Of a stretch of DNA of 64,000 nt, positions 39,401 through 51,764 are shown piece by piece (positions within the stretch are counted from its first letter, which is position 1; every line of letters starts with the position of its first letter). The translations under genes were made by a program, and so were the position numbers. The notes under the pieces were generated by a model, which searched no databases, had not been told where the DNA came from, and saw only the letters and a program-made list of their open reading frames with translations. Source of the stretch: Leucoraja erinacea (Eukaryota); NCBI RefSeq assembly GCF_028641065.1, contig NC_073401.1:19220001-19284000 (forward strand), in the 5' to 3' direction.

Positions 39401-41154
39401 GGCGAGTGGCAGGAAGATCGGGCTGGACTGGATGGGCATGAGTAAGAACATGTTATAAGGAAATCAGTGGGAAGAATGGGGTTTCTCTGGGAGCTGGCAA
39501 AAACTCGATGGGTCGAACTGCGTCCTATTTTAGGGAAATATGAAAGAAAGTTCGGTTATTAATCAATTTATTTTTGATTGTCTTGCGTTCACTTTGTAAT
39601 GGATCTGCTCCCCCCCCCCCCCCCCCCCCGAAATCTTTAGACATCACCTCGACCTGCTTTCTTTCAAATCGAAATGTTTTGATTTTTTTTGTGTCTTTGC
39701 TTATGATTGCTTTGCATACCGTGCTGCCTTTACCTATCCATCTCTTTGTGCTGCATGCAGTTGTTGTAGTCTACCAGGACTTCGGTAAGACTTTGACAAG
39801 GTCACACATGGGATAACGATCCACAATATGAGGGTAGAAATGCATGTGCCCTCATACGTTCCAATTGTTCCACATGCCTGAATTTATTTCAGATTATTTT
39901 GATGAAAATTGGAAATGTGGACCAATAATTTGTCTGAATGAAATGGTACATCGTGAGGGGGGGGGGGGCGTGTGTATGCTTTTCTCTGCAGCAAGGCAGC
40001 AAGGAGCAAGGAGCAAGAGGCCCGAGTAACATTTCCTTTGGACTAGGTTGTTGGCGGGCCAAAGTGGGCTGCTTTTAAACGTGTGACGGTGAAAATTCAA
40101 GTTATGCATGTTCCTGTTAAATTGCTGCAGTGGAACTTGGGAGGTGCAGGGAAGGAGAGGAAGAGGCTCCTATGGCAATGTTACAGGAACAAATTGTTAG
40201 GACTAACACAGGTTATGAATCAATGGTAAGATTAACTAAATACCTATTAAGAAATAGAAATGGAAAACAAATAACTTAATTACATTTTAAATAATTTTGT
40301 AAAATTTGAGCTGATAAATCCCCTCCCCTCAATACCACAACAGTTGACCTGATTTTAAAAATTCCTTATCATTCTTATATACCTGCAATGGACACTCCAC
40401 CTGATCAAAAAATGTATCGACTTCTGCCTTTAAACAATCGTTCCCTCCTCCATTGTCCTTCGACAATCATTTTCAGCCACTCATCCAATTCATCCTATTT
40501 CACAAACTGTTGGATCCTTATTTGTAAATACGGATTTCCTGTAAATTCACACACACCAGGAAACACCTGCTTCACATCAAACCTGTCAATACAATTTGGA
40601 AACTTGTTTGGGGGAAATCTCATTTCCCCTGGACCATTTGAATGTGTCAGGAAATGTCATTTGTGTCCAAGCCGCCTGTTGTCTAAGATCGCTTAAGATC
40701 GTTTAAGAAGGTTGTGCCTTGCACGGTCCGATGTGCGTTTTTGATGCCGCTTTTATTGTGAAGATGTGGTGTCGACTAATGTCCTCATATTTTAACTTTA
40801 ATGCAAGGGCGGTGATAGTCAATTATGCTAATTACTCTACTCTTGCCAGCGAACGTTCACACAGTGAGAAGTCTTAAAATTATAGGAGCCTGGGGGCGTA
40901 TTTGAAAATGAATGCCGCACAATCTGCCATAGACATCAGCGTGGGTCGGAACAAACTTGCCTGAACTGATACATATAATTTACAGAGCATTCGTCTGTCT
41001 TTGTAAATCGGTTGCAATGGTATCATCTGGAAGGGCAAGAGACGCGCTCCGAGCGAAACCCTGAGTAATGAACTCCTCGAGCATCTTCTGCTTTAATTTG
41101 TCCTTTTCACACCTTGCCCGACTATATCTCTCGTTTCCATCTCCCCTTCCTCTC

Positions 41155-42441
41155 AATAGAAACATAGAAAAATAGGCGCAGGAGTAGGCCATTCGGCCCT
41201 TCGAGCCAGCAACCCAATTCAATATGATCATGGCTGATCATCTAAAATCATTACCCCGTTCCTGCTTTTTCACCATTTCCCTTGATTCCTTTAGCCCTAA
41301 GAGCTAAATCTAACTCTCTCTTGAAAACATCCAGTGAATTGGCCTCCATTGCCTTCTGTGGCAGAGAATTCCACAGATTCACAACTCTCTGGAGACATTT
41401 TTCCTAAATGGCCTACCCCTTATTTTTAAACTGTGACCCCTGGTTCTGGACTCCCCCAACATCGGGAACATTTTTCCTGCATCAGCCCTGTCCAATCCTC
41501 TAAGAATTGTATATGTTTCTGTAAGATAACCTCTCATCCTTCTGAATTCCAACGAATACAAGCCCAGTTGACCCATCCATTATTCATATCTCAATCCCGC
41601 CATCCCGGGAATTAACCTGGTGAACATATGCTGCACTCCCTCAATAGCAATAATGTCCTTCCTCAAATTAGGAGACCAAAATTGCACTCAATATTCCAGG
41701 TGCGGTCTCACCATGGCCCTGTACAACTGCAGTAGGACCTCTTTGCTCCTAAACTCAAATCCTCTCGCAATGAAGGCCAACATGCCATTAGCTTTCTTCA
41801 CTGCCTGCTGTACCTGCATGCTTACTTTCAGTGACTGATGTAGAGCACACCCAGGTCTCGTTGCACCTCCCCTTTTAATAATCTGACACCATTCAGATAA
41901 TAATCTGCTTTCCTGTTCTTGCCCCCAAAGTGGATCTCACATTTATTTACATTATACTGCATTTGCCATGCATCTGCCAACTCACCCAACCTATCCAAGT
42001 CACCCTGCAGCCTCATAGCATCCTCATCGCAGATCACACTGCCACCCAGCTTTGTGTCATCTGCTAACTTGGAGATATCACATTTAATTAGCTCATCTAA
42101 ATTGTTAATATATATTGTAAATAACTGGAGTCCCAGCACCGAGCCTTGCGGCGCCCCACCGTTCTCTGCCTGCCGTTCTGAAAAGGACCCGTTAATTTCT
42201 ACTCTTTGCTTCCTGTCTGCCAGCCAATTCTCTATCACTACCCTACCCTCAATACCATGTGCTCTAATTTTGCACACTAATCTCTTGTGTGGGACTTTGT
42301 CAAAGGCTTTTTGAAAGTCCAGATACACCACTTCCACTGGCTCTCCCTTATCCATTCTACTTGTTACATCCTCAAAAATCTCCTCAAAAGATGAGTCAAG
42401 CATGATTTCCCCTTCATAAATCCATGCTGACTTTGACCGAT
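41155..42441 (-). mobile_element. CR1 LINE RT/3' fragment
   Basis: YLDFQKAFDKVPH...PQGSVLG...ADDTKL...RDLGV; (TTTCTATG) tail. Confidence 0.93.
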
Positions 42442-42453
42442 TAGACTATCAGC

Positions 42454-42484
42454 CTGAAGAAGGGTCTCGACCCGAAACGTCACC
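42454..42484 (+). ncRNA. minimal hammerhead-ribozyme-like core in a Penelope pLTR fragment
   Basis: CTGAAGA - stem II A GGGTC(TC)GACCC - GAAA C GTC. Stem III is the palindrome ACGT; stem I is weak. Confidence 0.55.
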
Positions 42485-43328
42485 AATTGCTTCTCTCCAG
42501 AGTTGCTGCCTGTCCCACTACTCCTGCATTTCATCTCTATCCTGAGCAAAATGTTCGTGCAGAGGTTCATCAGCAGCAGCAAGATGATGTCTATTCGGAA
42601 GAAAAGTGAAATGTTTAAATCAAGTTTCAAAATGAACTTGGGGGATATTTTGAGCTGCGAAGCCCCTAGCCTCGAGTTGACCAGGCAATGGGTTAATAGC
42701 TGGTTTGCGTTTAACATTCCTCCCCATGCCCAAGTAAATGCGACAACTAGCTGTCAAATTTCTACTGACCTCTCCTTTCCCCCGTCCTTTCAGACATTAG
42801 CTCCGGTTTATCCTATTTTTTCCATGTGACCTTTTTTGTAAATGATATTCTTTCTTCCACAACAATCTGCCTCACCCGGACCCCAATGCTGCCTGACCTG
42901 CCGAGTTACACCAGCACTTTGTCCTTTTGTGTATTAACCAGTCTGCAGTTCTTTGTTTCTACCCATCTATCATCTTTCGCCCATCCCCTTTCATCTGGAT
43001 ACGTTGTACTTGCGATGTTACTTGTGCCCAAACCATATTTTGGGTAAACATACTAACTGTAGCAAAGACTGTTGGCTGTTCCTGAACCTGACATCTCATG
43101 TTTGTGGTAGTTTGTTAGCCATGACTTTACAAGCCCATGGAACTCTACTTTGGCCATGGCTTTTCAAGTAAAGGATTGTGCAAGTGAAAGGCATCTAGCA
43201 AAGTTTTGTTGCCATTTTCGTGCCGATTAGCCGGGTATTATAATTGGGAATGCAACAAGCAATTTTAAATGTTTTAGAATAGTGATTGTTAGCATTCTAC
43301 TTGATAATAAAACACTCTTGACTCTTGA

Positions 43329-43885
43329 TATAGAAACCATACAGTGTTGTATAGTGCAACTAACATTGTTAAACTGCTGGTGAGGTAATGGTTAATGTGT
43401 AAATGTCATAATTAAAGCTTGTTTATTGTGAATTCTCACGAGAAAGGACCCTTGTTAGGTGACAAAGCTATTTGTCATGTGTATAAATTCTTTGTCATTC
43501 ATAAAGTAAACTTCTTTCGACTGGGCGGTGGTGCAGATGAACAAAACTGATATGCATGGATGCACTTGCAGTATCAGCACATGGAATAGCAGAAGGTATG
43601 TGAGCATTGTTATAGAAACCATACAGTGTTGTATAGTGCAACTAACATTGTTAAACTGCTGGTGAGGTAATGGTTAATGTGTAAATGTCATAATTGTTTA
43701 TTGTGAATTCTCACGAGAAAGGACCCTTGTTAGGTGACAAAGCTATTTGTCATGTGTATAAATTCTTTGTCATTCATAAAGTAAACTTCTTTCGACTGGG
43801 CGGTGGTGCAGATGAACAAAACTGATATGCATGGATGCACTTGCAGTATCAGCACATGGAATAGCAGAAGGTATGTGAGCATTGT
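43329..43885. repeat. tandem duplication, 282 bp + 275 bp
   Basis: Units start tatagaaacc at 43329 and 43611 and are identical by eye except for a 7-bp deletion (aaagctt) in copy 2. Confidence 0.95.
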
Positions 43886-44619
43886 TTTATTTTCCAACAT
43901 TAAAGGTAGTGCATTTATGGATAGTAACTTGGCATTGATTTTGCTTTGGGGCGATGAAGGCGTGAAACTCTCTGCTTTATAAAGTAAAAGCGAGTAACAT
44001 TACAAGAGGCAAAATAGATCTTGATGTCACAGCTTTATTGTTGCTATGCGTTTCTCATCGAAGATCCACTGACTTCGTCAGGACCTGGTCTGCGATTCAT
44101 TTAGACATTCCCTTATTGGTTTTGAGTAACGGCAGGGTGCCACTCTGCTGCGTACAAACTAACCATCTTAGCGTGCAAAAATGTAGGAGCACAGTTAATC
44201 TTTAATCTTATCACTGAATATTCTGTTGTGTGTTCAGCAATGTCATTGCCCTTATTCTCAACTTTCATTAATTGAATGTTACTGCATTTACCGTTGACCA
44301 TGAGATCAAGAGCATTTTCCCAATGATATTTATTGGCATATATCCACTCTCTCAATTTGTGTACAAGCTTTCAATAGTGACATCTGTGAGAAAGAGGGAG
44401 GGGGGTGGGGGGTGAAGTCGATGAGCTGATTCAACTGTAGGGTTGTGTATCCTTGACATAAATGGTGCCTGAGAGTTGAGGATGGAGTCAAAGTACTGCT
44501 CTACATTCGTAAAATTGCTACTATTGTTTAACCAGTTACTATCCAAATGCTTTTGAATTTGTGACTATCGAAACTTGGAGTTGCTCCTTGCTTGGGTAAT
44601 TTCTGTTTGACTATGAAGA

Positions 44620-44945
44620 TAGACTGGAGCAAAATACTGGAGCAACTCAGCGGGACAGGCAACATCTCTGGAGTGAAGGAATGGGTGATGTCTGAAGATG
44701 GGTCTTGAACTGAAACGTCACCCATTCCTTCTCTCCAGAGATGTTGCCTGTCTCACTGAGCCTGAAGAAGGGTTTTTGCCCGAAACGTTGCCTATTTCCT
44801 TCGCCCAGTCTGAAGAAGGTTTTCGGCCCAATACGTTACCTATTTCCTTCGCTCCATAGATGCTGCTGCACCTGCTGAGTTTCTCCAGAATTTTTGTGTA
44901 CCTTCGATTTTCCAGCATCTGCAGTTACTTCTTAACCACTGAGAC
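44620..44945. mobile_element. composite Penelope pLTR fold-back with three tandem hammerhead-like cores
   Basis: Inverted repeat ~44646-44760, with CTGAAGA...GAAAC-type cores starting at ~44692, ~44762 and ~44810. Confidence 0.65.
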
Positions 44946-46189
44946 AAGGAATGTGAGGCCCCAAGGAATGGGTGGCATGGCTCATTAAGGGCATGGCTTT
45001 TGGGTGAGTTGGGCAAATGTTCTAGGAGATGCATGCTGCCTGATGCACTAACATGGGTGATGGTGGAGTCTGTGGCATTTAAAAGGCTTTTGGATAGGTA
45101 CATGCATATGTGGGGAATGGAGTGTGATAGGGATCAAATACAGGCTGACCTTGGTTTAATCTGAGTTTGGTTTAATCTGGCATGTTCCACATGGATATTG
45201 TGAGCCAAGGGGCTGTTCATTTGTATTATTGTGTTCTGTTGGGGCCTCACTTTCTTTGTGAGGTTGAACTTATCCTTTACTGTGTACGTCCTTTCAGTGG
45301 CTGGTGCTGTTCTCAGGACATTCAATTTGGATTGGGACCTCTTCACCCTCTGTCCAGTTTGAGGATGTGATGAGGGGTATGTCAGTAGACCTCAAATTGA
45401 AATGATTTAAATTTAATTTAATGGATCACTTTTTGAGATCTCTCTGGATCTGGCATTTACAGAGTGTACAAAGGTAAGGCCCCTGTTTAGAACCATCTCT
45501 TGGGTTCTGACGGGGATAAATGTTTGGGAAAGATTCTAATTCTAATTTTGGTCTCTGCCTCTTGACTTGGGATCCACATTAATTTAAAGACAGGATCCAC
45601 CCTCTTCTTGTTGTAACTTTATTCCAAGGTTAAATTTGTGCGACCACTGCAGGTGTTGGTGTCTCCCCAGAGCGAGTGGGGACCCCATTGTATTATCTTC
45701 TGAACCCCATCCCCAGCCCACATCACCCCCTGTCCCTGCCTTGACTGACAGCTCCAGGTACAGGCAGAAACTCTGGCTATTCCAGACACCCAAAGTACAC
45801 AGCAGTGGTCACCAATGGACACTTTAAAATAGGGCCAGACCACAATTACAGAGAATAAAGGTGTAACAATAATCAGAGGGTCTTTAAAGTGAACCCCAAG
45901 CCAAGAGAGCCAGAGCCCACAGTTAGGAAAAACATGAATCTTTCCAAAACAATAGGGGCCTTGCCCTTTGTACCAACTTTATAAACATCAGAACCTGAAG
46001 ACTTGAGGTTGTACAGAGAAATTACATTAACGCATCAAAAAAATCTGAAATTCACTGCCACATCCTGCATACTGGTTCAAATATTTGGTCTTTATAGAGA
46101 TGGTATGAAGGGAAGACCCTATTTAGAATCCTCTCGGATTTCATGGGGACAAATCATTGGGAGAGATTAACAATAGTTTTGCCTAAGTT

Positions 46190-46970
46190 AGACACAAAAA
46201 AGTAATGATGATAAACAGGCCATTGTTAGCTGTTTGTTGGGTGAAAATGAGAAGCTAGTGCGATTTGGGTTGGGGAGGGATAGAGAGAGAGGGAATGCCG
46301 GGGTTACTTGAAGTTAGAGAAATCAATATTCATACCACTGGTCTGTAAGCTGCCCAAGCGAAATATGAGATGCTGTTCCTCCAATTTGTGTTTAGCCTCA
46401 CTCTGACAATGGAGGAGACCTAGGACAGAAAGGTCTGTGTGGGAATGGGAAGGAGAATTAGTACTTAGCAACCGGGAGATCAGGTAGGTCCAGGCGGACT
46501 GACTGGTGAAGCAAAATGATCGCCCAGTCCACATTTGGTCTCGCCGATGTATAAGGGTCCACATCTTGAACAACGGTTACAGTAGATGAGTTTGAGGGAG
46601 GTGCAAATGAACCTCTGCCTAACCTGAAAGGACTGTCTGGGTCCCTGGACTGAGTCGAGGAAAGAGGTATAGGGACAGGTGTTGCATCTTCTGCAGTTGC
46701 AGGGGAAGGTACCTGGGGAGGGGGTGGGAAGGGATGAGTTAACCAGGGAGTTGTGGAGGGAATAGTCTCTGTGGAAAATGGAAAGTGGAGATGGGAAGAT
46801 GTAACTAGCGTTGGGATCCCGTTGGAGGTGGCGAACATTCGGAGGATTTGGTGTCGTGTGACGGATGATAGGATGAAAAGAAGGACGAGGGGGATTGTCT
46901 CTGTTGTGACTAGGGGGAGGGGGGGCAAGGGCGAAGCCGCAGGGTATCGAGGAGACATCTATGATGGGTG
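46190..46970 (-). mobile_element. Penelope-like element, GIY-YIG endonuclease/3' region (degenerate)
   Basis: Minus strand reads CSRCGPLYIGETK and HTDLSVLGLLHCQSEAKHKLEEQHLIFRLGSLQTSGMNIDFSNFK*. Confidence 0.85.
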
Positions 46971-47344
46971 AGGGGAACTCTAAAAAAGTGTTCCCTAAAA
47001 AATGTGGACATCTCGGATGTTTTGCTTAATTTTTTTAGGTAAAGGTTCTGATAATTCCGTGTTGTAACTTTGAGCAAAACAGTGCTGGAGCAACTGAGTC
47101 CGACAGCATCTTTTGAGGAAATGGGCAGATGTATCGGTTGAAAGCCTTCAGACTCGAGTAGGGGGGAAAGCTGGAAAAGACTTGGGGGTGGAGCAAAACC
47201 TGGCACCCGGTGGGTACTGGTGAGGGGGTGAAGGTCCTATTTCCACACTGTATCACAAGTCTAAAGAAAATAAATACAGCCTATCCTGTCTCTCCTCATA
47301 ACCAAGGCACTCCATCCCAGCTGACATCCCTGTGCATCTCAATA

Positions 47345-47565
47345 AACAATAGACAATAGGTGCAGGAGTAGGCCATTCGGCCCTTCGAGCCAGCACCGCC
47401 ATTCAATGTGATCATGGCTGATCATCCCCAATCAGTACCCTGTTCCTGCCTCCTCCCCGTATGCCCTGACTCCGCTATTTTTAAGAGCCCTATCTAGCTC
47501 TCTCTTGAAAGCATCCAGAGAACCCACCTCCACCGCACCTCTGAGGCAGAGAATTCCACAGACTC
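47345..47565 (-). mobile_element. CR1 3' end
   Basis: (TTGTCTA)n-type tail plus the CR1 3'UTR hairpin. Confidence 0.8.
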
Positions 47566-48199
47566 CTCTGCACCCTGTTCAACTCGATCACATCTTCCTC
47601 TAACATGCTGGCCAGAATTCCACACAATTGTACTGTGTGGAAAACTGTGACCCAACAAGTGTTTTATAAAGTTGTACTGAGAACATGACGGCAGGCATCC
47701 TTTGGTAAGCTTCTTTTGTACCGATAATTATAGAATCGTTTGTATGCGAGAAGGTTTACCAAATTAATATGCCGAATGTCTTTGGAAATTTTTTCTCGAG
47801 AGCTAGTACTGTGCAATGAAAACCCCACATGCAAAGTTGTTTAATGGTGAAAAGCACACGAATGCTATCAACAAGGCGAGCAGAACCCGATTTAGAAAGA
47901 CTGATTAGGTAAGACGTTTGATTCAATAGCACTTTATTGTGAAATCCTTTTTTTTTACATTCAGTAAAAATACTTACTGTACATGGGGACAATCATACTT
48001 AAGTACAGCGTTTGAAAGGTAACACTTTGTCACGAAAAGGTCAAAGAAAGAGATGGGGTGAAATAAGATCAGTGAGTGGTATTTCTGTGGAAAGAGGGTT
48101 GAGGTAACGTTGAAGGGAAGACGGCCTCCAGAAGGCTGCAGCCGATGGTTCTGATGCTGAGGGGAAGATGCAGAAGCTGAGGAACTATTTGAAACCAGT

Positions 48200-48740
48200 G
48201 GCGTGCGGCTGTGATGTACATGATCCACGCAGCGGAAACTGACACTAGGGAAATGGCAGCCCCCAGGGAGCGGAGACTCCCCGCGGGACGTCCCCACGTG
48301 ATGGGCTGGCCCGATTGCAGCGCCGGATCCGAGCAACATTGGCTGCCGGGGCTGCGGCTGCCGGGCAACATGTGGGCGATGAGTGTGGCCGCGCTATTCC
48401 TTTGTGCCAGCGTCCTTCCCGCTCCCAGCGCGGAGCAGCGTCAGCGCCAGCGACGGGTAAGGCAAGCGGCTCAAGCGCATGGGGAAATAAAAACAGTAGC
48501 ATTCAGACAGTCCACACTGGCTACTCTGAGCTGCGGGATGATGGGGAATGCGGCTTAGAGAGATTACACTTCTGATGCCGTTATTAGAACGGTGGAAAGC
48601 GGCAGCGAGTTCGTTGTGTACCTTCCCTGCCCGCCCGCCCAGTCCCGGTCCCGGCGCATCTTTCCCCGCCACTGGCTCCCACTCCCTGTTCTCCCGGACT
48701 TTGTCGTCCCTGACCGTAACGCACATCGGCCGTTCTTTGA
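48200..48740 (+). promoter_or_regulatory. CpG island over the MMP11 promoter and exon 1
   Basis: GC- and CpG-rich unique sequence spanning exon 1. Confidence 0.65.
48370..48456 (+). CDS. MMP11: MMP11 exon 1 (signal peptide)
   Basis: MWAMSVAALFLCASVLPAPSAEQRQRQRR|gtaagg; hydrophobic signal peptide, phase 0 matches exon 2. In-frame upstream ATGs exist (e.g. 48301). Confidence 0.8.
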
Positions 48741-49230
48741 GACACCAGAGACATGGATGCTGTCCTGGAGCTAAACAGACAAAGTGCCGGAGGAATTCAG
48801 CGGGTCACGCCACATCTGTCGTGACGAAGGGTCTCGACCCGAAAAGTCGACAATTGCTTTTTCTCCACCCGCTGAGTTACTCCGTTGGTTTGCTCTTTTG
48901 CGATTTGCTCGGCCGTTCTTTGTTCCTCTGTTGCTTTTTTTGCTGATGGAAGCACAACTTTGAGTGTGGGCTCCAGGAGGACAAGTGTCGACATGCTCCC
49001 TGGTATTCAGCAGAACATGCAGGTACAGTGAAGGAAGAGACAGCGGTTCCCGCTGACTTTGTCCGACAAATGCGCTGCATTTCTGCTGAACTCAGCGCTG
49101 CGCTTCTCTAGCAGACTCGGGCAGACTAAGCAAGGCATCTCACGGGGATCTGCAGCATAGAAGGTTCCCATAGTGGGGTGAGTGGTGTGACCTCGCGAGT
49201 GGTCCTGAGTGTGAGAGTGGTGGGTGTGGG

Positions 49231-49947
49231 AGGGGCTGTCCCACTTGGGCGACTTAATCTGCGAGTTTAGAAGAGTGTCTTCGACCTTCGAAGCATGGTC
49301 GACATGTGGTCCTAGGAGGTCCCATGAAATCGCTGGTACTCTCCTTCATGCTCGAGGGTAGTTCCCGAATACTCGTGGCCTCAGTTAGATCGCGGAAAAA
49401 ATTTCAGCATGTTGAAAATTTTTCGGCGAATAAAATTTGGCCGGCATGGTCCTTTTGACTCGTAGCGCAGTGGAGTGGGGTCGCTATTTAGTTACAGGCA
49501 GTCGCGGGCAGCCATAGGCAATCTCCTTCGCTGACCGGACATTTTTATTGGCTCATTGGAGTTTTCAGGACCAGGGAAAACCTACCGGTAGGTAAAATGC
49601 CCGCTAAACTTTATTATACTTATTAAAAGTGTCTCCACTCCTTCTCCTCCCCTTCTTTCCCTTTCTTCCCCCCCCCCCCCCCCCCCCCCCCCCCACGCTG
49701 TCTAAATGACTTACCGTACACAGTGGCAGCCGTTTACCTTCCTCTTCATCGCGCAGACAGCGCTCCCCTGCTTTCCCTGGCCCATGCCTTTGCGATGTGT
49801 TTGTTTGTGCGTGTCTGTGTGTGTACGGTTGGTCGATCCAGCTCGCGGTTTCAACGCGGACGGTTTCCAGGCGAGTGCCCTCGAGTTTGAAGGTTGAAGA
49901 CACTCTTCTTAACTCGTGGATTAGGTCGCCCAAGTGGGACAGCCCCT
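49231..49947. mobile_element. non-autonomous PIF/Harbinger-like DNA transposon in MMP11 intron 1
   Basis: TIRs AGGGGCTGTCCCACTTGGGCGAC.../...GTCGCCCAAGTGGGACAGCCCCT extend imperfectly for ~60 bp. TTA is present at the right flank only. Confidence 0.8.
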
Positions 49948-51205
49948 TTAGGTCACAGAATCAACAGCAGAAGGACGAGGCCTGTGGCGCACCATGTCTA
50001 TGATGAGCACCACCAGATCTTTTTTTTGGTAAACTAGCATCTACAGTTCCATGTGACCACACGCTACGTGCAAACTCTGTGGACCAACTAGGGTGAAAGG
50101 TTTGGTACCATTCACCCTATCTGTACTCCTCATCGTTTTGTACATCCATCAAATCTTCCCTTAGCCTCCTGTGATCCATGAAATACAAACCTCTCTCATA
50201 CAAACCTCATAACTGGAGCAGGCTGGGTTTGGATTCTAACATAACTCAGAATCAGCGTCATCTGTGGAGGCAGGGAACTATCGGCAATCTGGGTGCAATA
50301 TAGAAACAATGAAGAGCTGCAGATTCTGGAATCTGATCATAGGTTGGATGATAAGTGGAACCATATAAGAGAGGGATGGACTGATGGAACCAGTGAAGGG
50401 AAACTGTGTTACGTTTGAGTGTCCACTCATCACCTTCCAGCCTCTGCCTCTTTGTTTCTGTATTCACCCACCCTTCCCACTGCTTGGCTCCATCTCCCCA
50501 TCATTCCCCTCATCATCTGGTTTCATCTATCAGCTGCCAGTTCTGGCCTCATCCACCCTCTCACTTTTTATACTGGTGACCAGCCCTCTCAGTCCTGATG
50601 CTCTCTTTCCAAAACCTCTACATCCTTCCTGTAATCGGGTGACCAGAACTGCATGCAATACTCCAACTGTGGCCTAACCAAAGTCTTGTAAAGCTGCAAC
50701 TCGATCTCCTGACTCTTATACACAATGCCTTGACCAATGAAGGCAAGAATACATTATGCCTTCTTTACCACTCTTATCAACCTGTTGCCACTTTCAGGAA
50801 GTTCTAGTCTTCGACCCCAAGATCCCTCCATACATCAATGCTGTTCAGGCTCATGCCATTCATTGTATATTTCCCTCCTTACATTTGTCCTCCCAAAGTG
50901 CAACACCACATTTATATATTTCACAAACAGTAGAGGTCCCAGCACAGATCCCTGTGAAACTCCACTGGTCACAGACCCCCAGTCTGAATGTTGTCTTTCC
51001 ACCACAACCTTTTCTCTACAATTAGTAAGCCATTTTTGAATCTACTGTAAGTACTTCTCTTTTCACTCTCATCATCTCTTGATGCTCACTTGATCGTGAT
51101 CCCCTCATTACTTTTCCCACTGCCAGTGCCTTTTTATTTCTTCTATTCAACCATTCTACTCAAATCCTGAATCAAACTAAATGTTGACCTCTTGAACTTT
51201 TTCAG

Positions 51206-51474
51206 GATTGGCTGCAGAAGTTGAATTTCCATTTTCCAAAGCAGAAGAGTGAGAGAAAGCAGTCGCTGTCATTGGTCAATGATCTGTTCCGGTCGACAGT
51301 TCCTATATTCCGTCTCAGTGCTGAAGAAGGGACAGGTCTGCAGAACCCTCTCCGATGTGGTGTCCCCGATCCACCCCCAGGGAAATATGGCCGCAGATGG
51401 CATGGCAACACCAAACGGCGGAGACGATTTGTAATTGCAGGAGGAAGATGGAAGAAAACTGACCTGACCTACAA
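51206..51474 (+). CDS. MMP11: MMP11 exon 2 (propeptide, cysteine switch, furin site)
   Basis: DWLQKLN...PLRCGVPD...TKRRRR|FVIAGGRWKKTDLTY(K). Confidence 0.95.
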
Positions 51475-51579
51475 GTAGGAGATTACTCGGATTCCAGGGG
51501 CTTCAGGAATGCTTTTGTACATTAGAGTAATCGTTATAAGCATTTCTTACTGATGTGCCAATATACTAACAATAGATGT

Positions 51580-51764
51580 TTAAGAAGGAACTGCAGATGC
51601 AGGAAAATTGAAGGTACACAAAAATGCTGCAGAAACTCAGCGGGTGCAGCAGCATCTATGGAACGAAGGAAATAGGCAACGTTTCGGGTCGAAACGTTGC
51701 CTATTTCCTTCGCTCCATAGATGCTGCTGCACCCGCTGAGTTTCTCCAGCATTTTTGTGTACCT
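51580..51764. mobile_element. fold-back Penelope pLTR insertion with target-site duplication
   Basis: ~75-bp inverted arms (51612-51764) with a 3-nt loop; tactaacaat(a/c)gatgt is repeated at 51564 and 51764. Confidence 0.75.

Noticed and set aside
44690-44840. CRISPR-like repeat-spacer array
   Set aside because: Eukaryotic context, no cas genes, and the repeats are Penelope pLTR pieces without unique spacers.
48030-48115. Retinoic-acid response element as in mammalian MMP11 promoters
   Set aside because: Only one good AGGTCA half-site (~48038); no convincing DR1, DR2 or DR5 pair.
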